NCBI GenBank assembly: GCA_024398785.1
Contig: JAKSIO010000004.1
Location: forward strand, 8,331-72,330
Direction: 5' to 3'
Source of the DNA: Bacteroidaceae bacterium
GTDB taxonomy: Bacteria; Bacteroidota; Bacteroidia; Bacteroidales; Bacteroidaceae
Length of the DNA stretch: 64,000 nucleotides
Each line of letters begins with the position of its first letter. Positions within the stretch are counted from its first letter, which is position 1. The notes below the pieces were generated by a model. It saw only the letters and a program-made list of their open reading frames with translations. It did no database searches and was not told the DNA's origin. A program made the position numbers and the translations under genes. This document shows positions 57,244 to 64,000 of this stretch, piece after piece.

Positions 57244-57314
57244 TGGGCTATGGTGTAATGGTAACACTGCAGATTCTGGTCCTGCCTTTCCTGGTTCGAG
57301 TCCGGGTAGCCCAG
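57244..57314 (+). tRNA. tRNA-Gln (anticodon CTG)
   Basis: Hand-folded: acceptor TGGGCTA/TAGCCCA (U1:A72, discriminator G as in bacterial tRNA-Gln), D arm GTGT/ACAC, anticodon loop TTCTGGT, T arm CCTGG-TTCGAGT-CCGGG. There is one A:C mismatch at the base of the anticodon stem. Confidence 0.8.
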
Positions 57315-57317
57315 CTC

Positions 57318-57352
57318 AAAAAAGAGGTTCTTGAAAAAGAGCCTCTTTTTTG
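57318..57352. terminator. bidirectional terminator between tRNA-Gln and the MATE gene
   Basis: Stem agaggttc (57323-57330) / gagcctct (57339-57346), 8 bp with one G.U. An A-run lies upstream and a T-run downstream. Confidence 0.7.
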
Positions 57353-57357
57353 TTTAT

Positions 57358-58767
57358 TTATACTGGATCTTGGGCGTGCTTCACATTCATCTCGCGGATG
57401 ATTTTTATGCAGTACGGCAATGCAAGGAAGAATGTGCCCACATCGGCCAGAGCCATGGTCAGCATAACACCATTCAGACCGATGAACAGCGGAAGAATAA
57501 TTATTATCGGAAAGAAAAATATTCCCTGACGGCCCATTGCAAGCAGTGTGGCAGGTCCTGTTCTGCGGATTGTCTGGTATAACATGTTAGTAGGTGTGGT
57601 AATACCGACAAGCGGGAAAGAGATGCACTGATAACGCAGCACTTTTGCGCCGACACTGATCAGCAACAGATCTTCCGGGCGGAAAAATGCTACAATAGGG
57701 GTAGCGAAAATAAAACCTACCACTGATAGAATAAGAATGCAGATAGTAGTAAGCTGCATTGTGAATATGTAGGCTTTTTTTACTCTGCTGAACAGCGATG
57801 CTCCCCAGTTGAATCCGCAAACGGGCTGGAATCCCTGCCCAATGCCAAGGAATATGGTCATGGCAAACATCATTATTCGGTTTACAATTGCAAATGCCGC
57901 AATTGTTGATTCTTCGGAACCTGGAATAGAATAGAATTTTGCCATGTGGTTAAGCGTGATGGCGGCAACGCAACCTAAAGACTGTCTTAACAATGAAGGA
58001 AGACCTCCGGCTATTATTTCCTTATACCAGTACCAAGAAGGCTTGAATTCTGCAAATTTTATATGGACATTGCCTCCACGCCCTGTTCCGTAAATCAGTA
58101 TGCACCATGAAATGAACTGGCTTAAGAATGTTGCCAGTGAAGCTCCGGCTACACCCATATCGAATACAAAAATCAACAGGGGGTCCAATGCGCAGTTTAT
58201 TACCGCACCGCTTACCAGTCCTACCATGGCAAACATGGAATTGCCCTGCAGGCGCAACTGATTGTTCAGTACAGCCTGTGAAATCATGAATGGAGTAGCA
58301 ATCAGAACGTACAGCAGATAGTCATTTGACTGTTCCAGCATTCTGTCTGTTGCTCCCAGCAGATAGGACAGCGGAGTGAGAAATATCAGGCAGCATGCAC
58401 TGATAATAAGTCCCAGAATGAAAGATGAAAAGAATCCTACCGATGCCATAGTTTCCGCGTTGCGGTAGTCTTTCAATCCCAAAGCGCGTGATATGTAATT
58501 GCCGCTTCCATGGCCGAAACCGAATCCCAATGCCTGTACAAGTGACTGATAGGCAAACGCCAGACCCACTGCGGCAGTAGCTTCAGTACTGATTTTGCCC
58601 ACAAAGTAGGCATCAACAAGGTTGTACAGACCTGTTACAACCATACTGAGTATTGTAGGGATGGCCATTTTAATGATAAGGCGACGCACCGGCGTTGTGG
58701 TCATCATATCAAAACGCGCCAACATTTTATCTATGTCTTTGGTTTTGCTCTGCATTCCAAAGTACAA
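57358..58767 (-). CDS. MATE-family efflux transporter
   Basis: 469 aa with 12 TM helices. The N-terminus ...PVRRLIIKMAIPTILSMVV..LYNLVDAYFVG is the typical MatE repeat start. Confidence 0.9.
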   Translation of the reverse strand: MYFGMQSKTKDIDKMLARFDMMTTTPVRRLIIKMAIPTILSMVVTGLYNLVDAYFVGKISTEATAAVGLAFAYQSLVQALGFGFGHGSGNYISRALGLKDYRNAETMASVGFFSSFILGLIISACCLIFLTPLSYLLGATDRMLEQSNDYLLYVLIATPFMISQAVLNNQLRLQGNSMFAMVGLVSGAVINCALDPLLIFVFDMGVAGASLATFLSQFISWCILIYGTGRGGNVHIKFAEFKPSWYWYKEIIAGGLPSLLRQSLGCVAAITLNHMAKFYSIPGSEESTIAAFAIVNRIMMFAMTIFLGIGQGFQPVCGFNWGASLFSRVKKAYIFTMQLTTICILILSVVGFIFATPIVAFFRPEDLLLISVGAKVLRYQCISFPLVGITTPTNMLYQTIRRTGPATLLAMGRQGIFFFPIIIILPLFIGLNGVMLTMALADVGTFFLALPYCIKIIREMNVKHAQDPV

Positions 58768-58776
58768 AGATAATAA

Positions 58777-59250
58777 TTATTTTTCAAGAAGAGCTACTGC
58801 GAGAGCGGCCATACCTTCACCGCGGCCAACAAATCCAAGACCTTCGGTTGTGGTGGCTTTGATTGAAACGCAATCTTGCGGAATACCCATTATTCCGGAA
58901 AGAACGCTGCACATGGCTGGAATATGCGGGTTGATTTTGGGTTGCTGGGCCATTATGGTTATATCAACATTGTTTATTTTGAATCCGCTTTCTGTTACCA
59001 GTCTTACAGTTTCGGCAAGCAGTATCTTGCTGTCTATACCCTTATAGCGGGGATCTGTATCAGGAAAATGAAATCCTATGTCACGCAGGGCTGCGGCACC
59101 CAGGAGGGCATCGCAAAGAGCATGGATAAGAACGTCGGCATCGGAATGTCCCAACAAACCTTTTTCATAAGGAATCTTAATGCCGCCAAGCCATAATTCA
59201 CGGTCTTCTACAAGCCGATGTACATCATATCCCTGTCCAATACGTATCAT
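58777..59250 (-). CDS. ispF: 2-C-methyl-D-erythritol 2,4-cyclodiphosphate synthase
   Basis: [13 protein letters not shown]...[16 protein letters not shown] is the IspF signature; 157 aa. Confidence 0.95.
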   Translation of the reverse strand: MIRIGQGYDVHRLVEDRELWLGGIKIPYEKGLLGHSDADVLIHALCDALLGAAALRDIGFHFPDTDPRYKGIDSKILLAETVRLVTESGFKINNVDITIMAQQPKINPHIPAMCSVLSGIMGIPQDCVSIKATTTEGLGFVGRGEGMAALAVALLEK

Positions 59251-59255
59251 AATGT

Positions 59256-60449
59256 TTATCTTTTGTTTTTGCTTTTGAAACTGTCAAGATTGAACGCAAG
59301 AGAGAAACGCAATGTCTTGTCCAACGGGTTGCTCTGTGTTGTTGAAATGAGGTATGCGGCATCAATCTGGAATACGTTCATTCTGAATCCTGCTCCCAGG
59401 GCAAAGTACTTACGGTTGCCTTTGTTCTGGTGTTCATAGTGATAACCTCCGCGAACAAAGAACTGATCATTATAACAGTATTCAACGCCTAATCCCCAAT
59501 ATATTTCCTGCAATTCTTCCTTGAAACCGTTAGGTGCATCACTGAATGATTTGAACATTCCGGAAATTGAACCTATATCGTTGTATCCGGTTGATTCAAG
59601 CCAGGAGGCGTATTCGGATGTGTACTGGTATGTGCTCTCCTTTTCGTCGGGATGCATCTGTTCCATGAACTGAGCGTATGTAGGACGTGTGGGTACCAGC
59701 ATTTTGTTTGCATCAAAATTGAATGATATGGAGTTGTATTCATCAATAGGTACCAGCAGAGATAATCCCAGACGCATGTTTGTAGGAATGAACTGTTGTG
59801 TACGTCCCCCGTCGTAAGATATTTTTGTACCGATATTTGAAATGTTCAATCCGAATCCGAACATACAGTCACGGCGGCCGATGCCTACATAGTTGTTGTA
59901 AAACAGAGCGATATCTGCGGCAAAAGCATTGCCTGGAGTAACTTCGTCATCGTAGTTGTATTGCAGGTCGGAACGGATATAACGCAATGCTACTGCAGCT
60001 GACAGATTGTTCCCCAACAGACGTGAGTAGGCAAAATCCAATCCCATTTCATATGGACGGATTGTTCCCAGACTGGCTATAACTTCTCCCAGAGAAAAAT
60101 ATGTGAGCGATGCGCTCAGTGCCGAATAACTGTCCAGACGCCAGAAACCGTTCACGTTGGCCAGGTCAATGTCCTTGACCAGTTGTCTCAGCCACGGGGT
60201 GTAGTTGAGCGAAACACCTGCTTTGTTTTTTGAGAAGGGGTATTTTGCCGGATTCCAGTATTGATTGTTTGTATCGTAATATGGATCTGTTGCGCAGCCT
60301 ACGTCTCCAAGAGCAGCCGCACGGGCATCAGGTGCAATTGAAAGAGAAGTGACTCCGGTATGTATCGGGTTAAACAAATCTTTCTGTGCCTGTATGGTTG
60401 TGGATACTGCAAGCGTCAGTAAGAGAAATATGTATATGCGTGATTTCAT
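59256..60449 (-). CDS. porV: type IX secretion system outer-membrane channel protein PorV (LptO)
   Basis: Signal peptide. [30 protein letters not shown]....WNPAKYPF matches the conserved PorV N-terminal block. About 390-aa FadL-like barrel. Confidence 0.8.
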   Translation of the reverse strand: MKSRIYIFLLLTLAVSTTIQAQKDLFNPIHTGVTSLSIAPDARAAALGDVGCATDPYYDTNNQYWNPAKYPFSKNKAGVSLNYTPWLRQLVKDIDLANVNGFWRLDSYSALSASLTYFSLGEVIASLGTIRPYEMGLDFAYSRLLGNNLSAAVALRYIRSDLQYNYDDEVTPGNAFAADIALFYNNYVGIGRRDCMFGFGLNISNIGTKISYDGGRTQQFIPTNMRLGLSLLVPIDEYNSISFNFDANKMLVPTRPTYAQFMEQMHPDEKESTYQYTSEYASWLESTGYNDIGSISGMFKSFSDAPNGFKEELQEIYWGLGVEYCYNDQFFVRGGYHYEHQNKGNRKYFALGAGFRMNVFQIDAAYLISTTQSNPLDKTLRFSLAFNLDSFKSKNKR

Positions 60450-60534
60450 TATATGGCTTTTTTGCGGTTTACTGATTTATTTAACTGCAAAAATAGCAAA
60501 TTATTGTACTAAAAGATGTAATTTTGCAATTACG

Positions 60535-62436
60535 ATGGAGCAGAGGCTGATAGATAATATTAATTCTCCAAAGGACCTGAAGGCTCTTTCGGTCAAGCAG
60601 TTGCCGCAGGTTTGTTCTGAACTCAGACAGATGCTTGTTGACGAATTGTCTCGGAATCCGGGACATCTGGCATCCAGTTTGGGTACTATCGAACTTACTG
60701 TGGCTTTGCACTATGTCTATGATTTACCCCAGGATAAAATTGTTTGGGACGTGGGACATCAGGCTTATGCTCACAAAATTTTGTCCGGACGCAGAAACAG
60801 ATTCAAAACCAACCGTATGTTCGGTGGTCTCAAACCGTTCCCTTCTCCAAGCGAAAGCGAATATGATGCCTTCACTGCAGGACATGCTTCCAATTCCATT
60901 TCAGCAGGACTTGGTATGTCTGTGGCGGAGTGTATGCTGAATGGTGATAACCAACACAGAATAGTTTCAGTTATCGGTGACGGAGCCATGAGCGGCGGTC
61001 TGGCTTTTGAAGGCTTGAACAACGTATCCAGCTGTCACAGCAACATGCTCATAATATTGAACGACAACAATATGAGCATCTCACGCAGTGTAGGCGGCAT
61101 GCGCACATATCTTACCCATCTGCAGACTTCAAAACAGTATAATTCACTGCGTTATCTGGGAGCAAGATTCCTTACAGCGCTCGGACTGCTGACCGAGGAA
61201 AAACGCAAGCGTCTTATACGTTTCAACAATAAGATAAAGATGCGTCTTCTGCGCCAGCAGAATATGTTCGAAGGTATGGATATCCGCTATTTCGGAATTA
61301 TTGACGGTCACGATGTGCAGAATCTTGTGCGTGTTCTTACCAACATACGCGACATGAAAGGTCCAAAGATGATGCATATCAGAACAGTCAAAGGCAAAGG
61401 ATATGAGCCGGCCGAGAAAGAGGCCTCAATCTGGCATGCTCCCGGAATGTTCGATACTGTTACAGGTAAGCGAATTATCAAGAAAAAAGCCGGTGAAGCA
61501 CCTTTGTATCAGGAGGTTTTCGGAAAAACTCTGGTTGAACTGATGCGCAGTAATCCGAAAATAGTAGGTGTGACGCCAGCCATGCCTTTAGGGTGTTCAA
61601 TGGATATTGCCATGAGAGAATTCCCGAACCGTTGTTTTGATGTCGGTATTGCCGAAGGACATGCTGTCACATTCAGTGCCGGTATGGCAATTCAGGGACT
61701 TACCCCGTTCTGCAATATATATTCTTCTTTCCTGCAGCGTGCATACGACAATATTATTCACGATGTGGCTATTGAACGGTTGAATGTGGTCTTTTGTATT
61801 GACCGTGCCGGAATTGTAGGAGAAGACGGACCTACTCATCACGGGGCTTTTGACCTGGCATATCTGAGACCAATCCCGAATCTGATTATCTCGGCACCAT
61901 ATAATGAGCAGGAACTGCGCAATCTTATGTACACAGCTCAGCTTCCGGATCAGGGACCCTTCGTAATACGTTATCCCCGTGGCAGAGGATTGGAAAGTGA
62001 TTATGAGGCTCCGTTCTTACCGGTTACCATAGGAACCGGCCGGAAATTGAGGTCCGGTAACGATCTGGCCATTCTTTCTTTGGGCGCTATCGGTAATTTT
62101 GCAAATATGGCTATTGAACGGTGGGAAAAATCCAATCCAGGAAAAAGCATTGCATTGTATGATATGCGTTTTCTCAAGCCGATTGATGAAACTATTCTGC
62201 ATAATGTTGCTGAAAATTTCAAAAATGTGATAACTTTGGAAAATGGTACCAAAGTGGGTGGTCTTGGAAGTGCCGTTACTGAATTTATGAACAATAACGG
62301 ATACCGGACAAAGGTTCATATCATGGGACTTCCTGATGCGTTTGTTGAACATGGTGCCGTTCCATTGCTGTTGCGCAAGTATGGTCTGGATGCCGATGGC
62401 GTGATAGCACAAATTGATAAAATTTTGAAGTCATGA
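60535..62436 (+). CDS. dxs: 1-deoxy-D-xylulose-5-phosphate synthase
   Basis: [37 protein letters not shown] and [16 protein letters not shown] (TPP motif) are present. The start is set at ATG 60535, because the ORF-track extension to 60349 overlaps porV. Confidence 0.95.
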   Translation: MEQRLIDNINSPKDLKALSVKQLPQVCSELRQMLVDELSRNPGHLASSLGTIELTVALHYVYDLPQDKIVWDVGHQAYAHKILSGRRNRFKTNRMFGGLKPFPSPSESEYDAFTAGHASNSISAGLGMSVAECMLNGDNQHRIVSVIGDGAMSGGLAFEGLNNVSSCHSNMLIILNDNNMSISRSVGGMRTYLTHLQTSKQYNSLRYLGARFLTALGLLTEEKRKRLIRFNNKIKMRLLRQQNMFEGMDIRYFGIIDGHDVQNLVRVLTNIRDMKGPKMMHIRTVKGKGYEPAEKEASIWHAPGMFDTVTGKRIIKKKAGEAPLYQEVFGKTLVELMRSNPKIVGVTPAMPLGCSMDIAMREFPNRCFDVGIAEGHAVTFSAGMAIQGLTPFCNIYSSFLQRAYDNIIHDVAIERLNVVFCIDRAGIVGEDGPTHHGAFDLAYLRPIPNLIISAPYNEQELRNLMYTAQLPDQGPFVIRYPRGRGLESDYEAPFLPVTIGTGRKLRSGNDLAILSLGAIGNFANMAIERWEKSNPGKSIALYDMRFLKPIDETILHNVAENFKNVITLENGTKVGGLGSAVTEFMNNNGYRTKVHIMGLPDAFVEHGAVPLLLRKYGLDADGVIAQIDKILKS

Positions 62437-63770
62437 AAATTGTAATAGCAGGAGCCGGATCTGTAGGTACCCATTTGGCCACGCTCCTTTCGGGCGAAGC
62501 TCAGGATATCATTCTTTTGGACGAAAGTGAAGAAAGGCTGAGTTCTCTGGAGTCAAACTTTGATTTGTTGACTATGGTGGCATCGCCTACTTCTCTGAAA
62601 GATCTTGAAACCGCTCAGGTTGGATCGGCAGACTTGTTTGTTGCTGTTACTCCCAATGAAAGCCGCAATATCCTGGCCTGCCAGCTGGCCCACTATCTGG
62701 GTGCAAAGAAAACGGTAGCCCGTGTTGACCATTATGAACTTCAGACAATGAAAAGCCGGGATATGTTCAAGACTATGGGCATAGATTCATTGATTTATCC
62801 GGAATTGCTGGCTGCAATGGAAATATTGAACTGTCTCAAGTTCAGTTGGGTGCGTCAGTGGTGGGATTTCAGTGAAGGAGCTTTGGTTCTGATAGGCGTT
62901 AAAATCAGGGAAAATGCAGAATTGTGCAATATCCCGTTGTGTCATCTTGGAACTGATATTCCGTATCATATTGTTGCCATCAAAAGGGAAAATGAAACTC
63001 TGATTCCTTCCGGAAGTGATTCTATTGAACCCGGAGACATTGTCTATTTCATGACAACGCGGGATCAGATTCCATATATCCAGAAGATTGCCGGTAAAGA
63101 TCAGCACCGCGATATAAAGAATGTAATCATTATGGGAGGTAGTCCTATTGCGGTCTGCACTGCACTGGAACTTCCGTCAACTATGGGACTTAAAATTATA
63201 GAGATTAATCGTGACAGATGTTTTGAACTCACTGAAAAACTTGATGACGATGTCATGATTATCAATGGTGACGGTCGTGATCTCAGCCTTCTGTCTGCCG
63301 AGGGATTGTCCAACAGCAGTGCGTTTATAGCCCTGTCACAGAACTCAGAAACCAATATTCTGGCATGTCTTGCGGCAAAACGCTTTGGTGTTCCAAAGAC
63401 TATTGCCCAGGTTGAAAATCTGGACTATATCAATATGGCAGAACGTCTGGATATCAGTGGTGTGATAAATAAAAAGAAGATTGCTGCAAGCCATATATAC
63501 CAGATGATGCTTAATGCTGACGTTTCCAATGTGAAGTGTCTGACTTTTGCAAATGCGGATGTTGCAGAGTTTCATGTTGCAGAGGGTGCAAAAATTACTA
63601 AGAACCAGATAAAAGATGTGCGTTTGCCTCACGGAATTACCATTGGTGGTCTTATAAGAGGCGGGGTTGGTATGCTGGTTACAGGAAATACACGTATCCA
63701 GGCCGGCGATAATGTAGTGGTGTTCTGCCTTGGAGGTATGATAAAGGGTATAGAAAGATATTTCACTTGA
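62433..63770 (+). CDS. trkA: Trk potassium uptake system, NAD-binding subunit
   Basis: [16 protein letters not shown] (Rossmann GxGxxG), a second TrkA-N repeat ([10 protein letters not shown]) and two TrkA-C domains. ATGA overlap with dxs. Confidence 0.9.
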   Translation: MKIVIAGAGSVGTHLATLLSGEAQDIILLDESEERLSSLESNFDLLTMVASPTSLKDLETAQVGSADLFVAVTPNESRNILACQLAHYLGAKKTVARVDHYELQTMKSRDMFKTMGIDSLIYPELLAAMEILNCLKFSWVRQWWDFSEGALVLIGVKIRENAELCNIPLCHLGTDIPYHIVAIKRENETLIPSGSDSIEPGDIVYFMTTRDQIPYIQKIAGKDQHRDIKNVIIMGGSPIAVCTALELPSTMGLKIIEINRDRCFELTEKLDDDVMIINGDGRDLSLLSAEGLSNSSAFIALSQNSETNILACLAAKRFGVPKTIAQVENLDYINMAERLDISGVINKKKIAASHIYQMMLNADVSNVKCLTFANADVAEFHVAEGAKITKNQIKDVRLPHGITIGGLIRGGVGMLVTGNTRIQAGDNVVVFCLGGMIKGIERYFT

Positions 63771-64000
63771 TTCACTATAAGGCTATATATAAGATTCTGG
63801 GTGTGCTGCTGCTTGCCGAAGCGTGCGTACTTCTATGTTGCGGATTAATCCCGCTTTTTTGCAGGGAGAGTGATCTGTTTGCCTTTATATGCTCTGCATT
63901 GTGTACCGCTTGCGGTGCTATGGTCTTTCTTACTTTTGGCAAGGGCGCAAAAAAACAGCTTACCCGTAGGGACGGTTATATTGTAGTGTCTTTTTCGTGG
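63767..64000 (+). CDS. trkH: Trk potassium transporter membrane subunit, 5' part (cut by the window end)
   Basis: The frame is open from TTG 63767, overlapping the trkA stop. The translation ..YKAIYKILGVLLLAEACVLLCCGLIPLF...RRDGYIVVSFSW matches the TrkH N-terminus. The start codon is uncertain. Confidence 0.6.
   Translation, partial: MIHYKAIYKILGVLLLAEACVLLCCGLIPLFCRESDLFAFICSALCTACGAMVFLTFGKGAKKQLTRRDGYIVVSFSW

Noticed and set aside
60349-60534. 62-codon N-terminal extension of dxs overlapping the porV 5' end.
   Set aside because: Dxs homology starts at [12 protein letters not shown] (ATG 60535), which is preceded by a -7 box. The extension is Cys/Ile-rich with no homology and overlaps porV on the other strand.
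1-64000. CRISPR arrays, rRNA genes, IS elements/transposases, integrases, toxin-antitoxin pairs or recognisable phage-defence operons.
   Set aside because: I scanned both strands for regularly spaced direct repeats, rRNA-like conserved blocks and DDE/tyrosine-recombinase motifs and found none. The RecD-like helicase at 36294-37748 sits among housekeeping genes with no nuclease or methylase partner, so I do not treat it as a defence gene.

Overview
This window looks like chromosomal DNA from a Bacteroidota (Bacteroidales-type) genome. That is inferred from content only: a PorV/T9SS gene, many lipobox proteins, no Shine-Dalgarno signals, and at least seven promoters fitting the phylum-specific TTTG-N19/20-TAnnTTTG layout. 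I call about 50 CDS, 2 tRNAs (Ala-GGC, Gln-CTG), one pseudogene remnant and several intrinsic terminators. I see no rRNA, CRISPR array, integrase or transposase.

Content from left to right:
- Glycan-utilisation genes: porin-like OMP, GH8, xylulokinase, amidohydrolase, GH95.
- A paaK-ACT-symporter-CotH-NCS2 operon.
- A lower-GC four-gene accessory cassette: CxxC thioredoxin-fold lipoprotein, NVEALA-like Cys-rich small protein, 6-bladed beta-propeller lipoprotein, unknown secreted protein.
- metF-metH, a fasciclin lipoprotein, dusB, a U32 peptidase, and aminotransferase-iorB-iorA.
- relA/spoT, MerR, M23 peptidase, alaS, RecD-like helicase, rsmD, cls and a 1022-aa OMP.
- A lipoprotein-ABC-cysS-glutaminyl cyclase-sufE string.
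- A small variable patch beside tRNA-Ala: ATPase pseudogene remnant, internally duplicated lipocalin-like lipoprotein, phased dyad repeats.
- A triple-fused SBP-permease-ATPase ABC transporter translationally coupled to a second SufE.
- MATE, ispF, porV, dxs, trkA and the start of trkH.

The best lead is an unannotated 21-codon ORF (7787-7852) with six consecutive Tyr codons. It has its own consensus promoter and a terminator/antiterminator pair directly upstream of paaK. That is the architecture of a tyrosine-sensing leader-peptide attenuator. Secondary leads are the low-GC redox/Cys-rich/propeller cassette and the fused ABC-SufE module. All functional calls rest on motifs and family recognition by eye; no searches were run.
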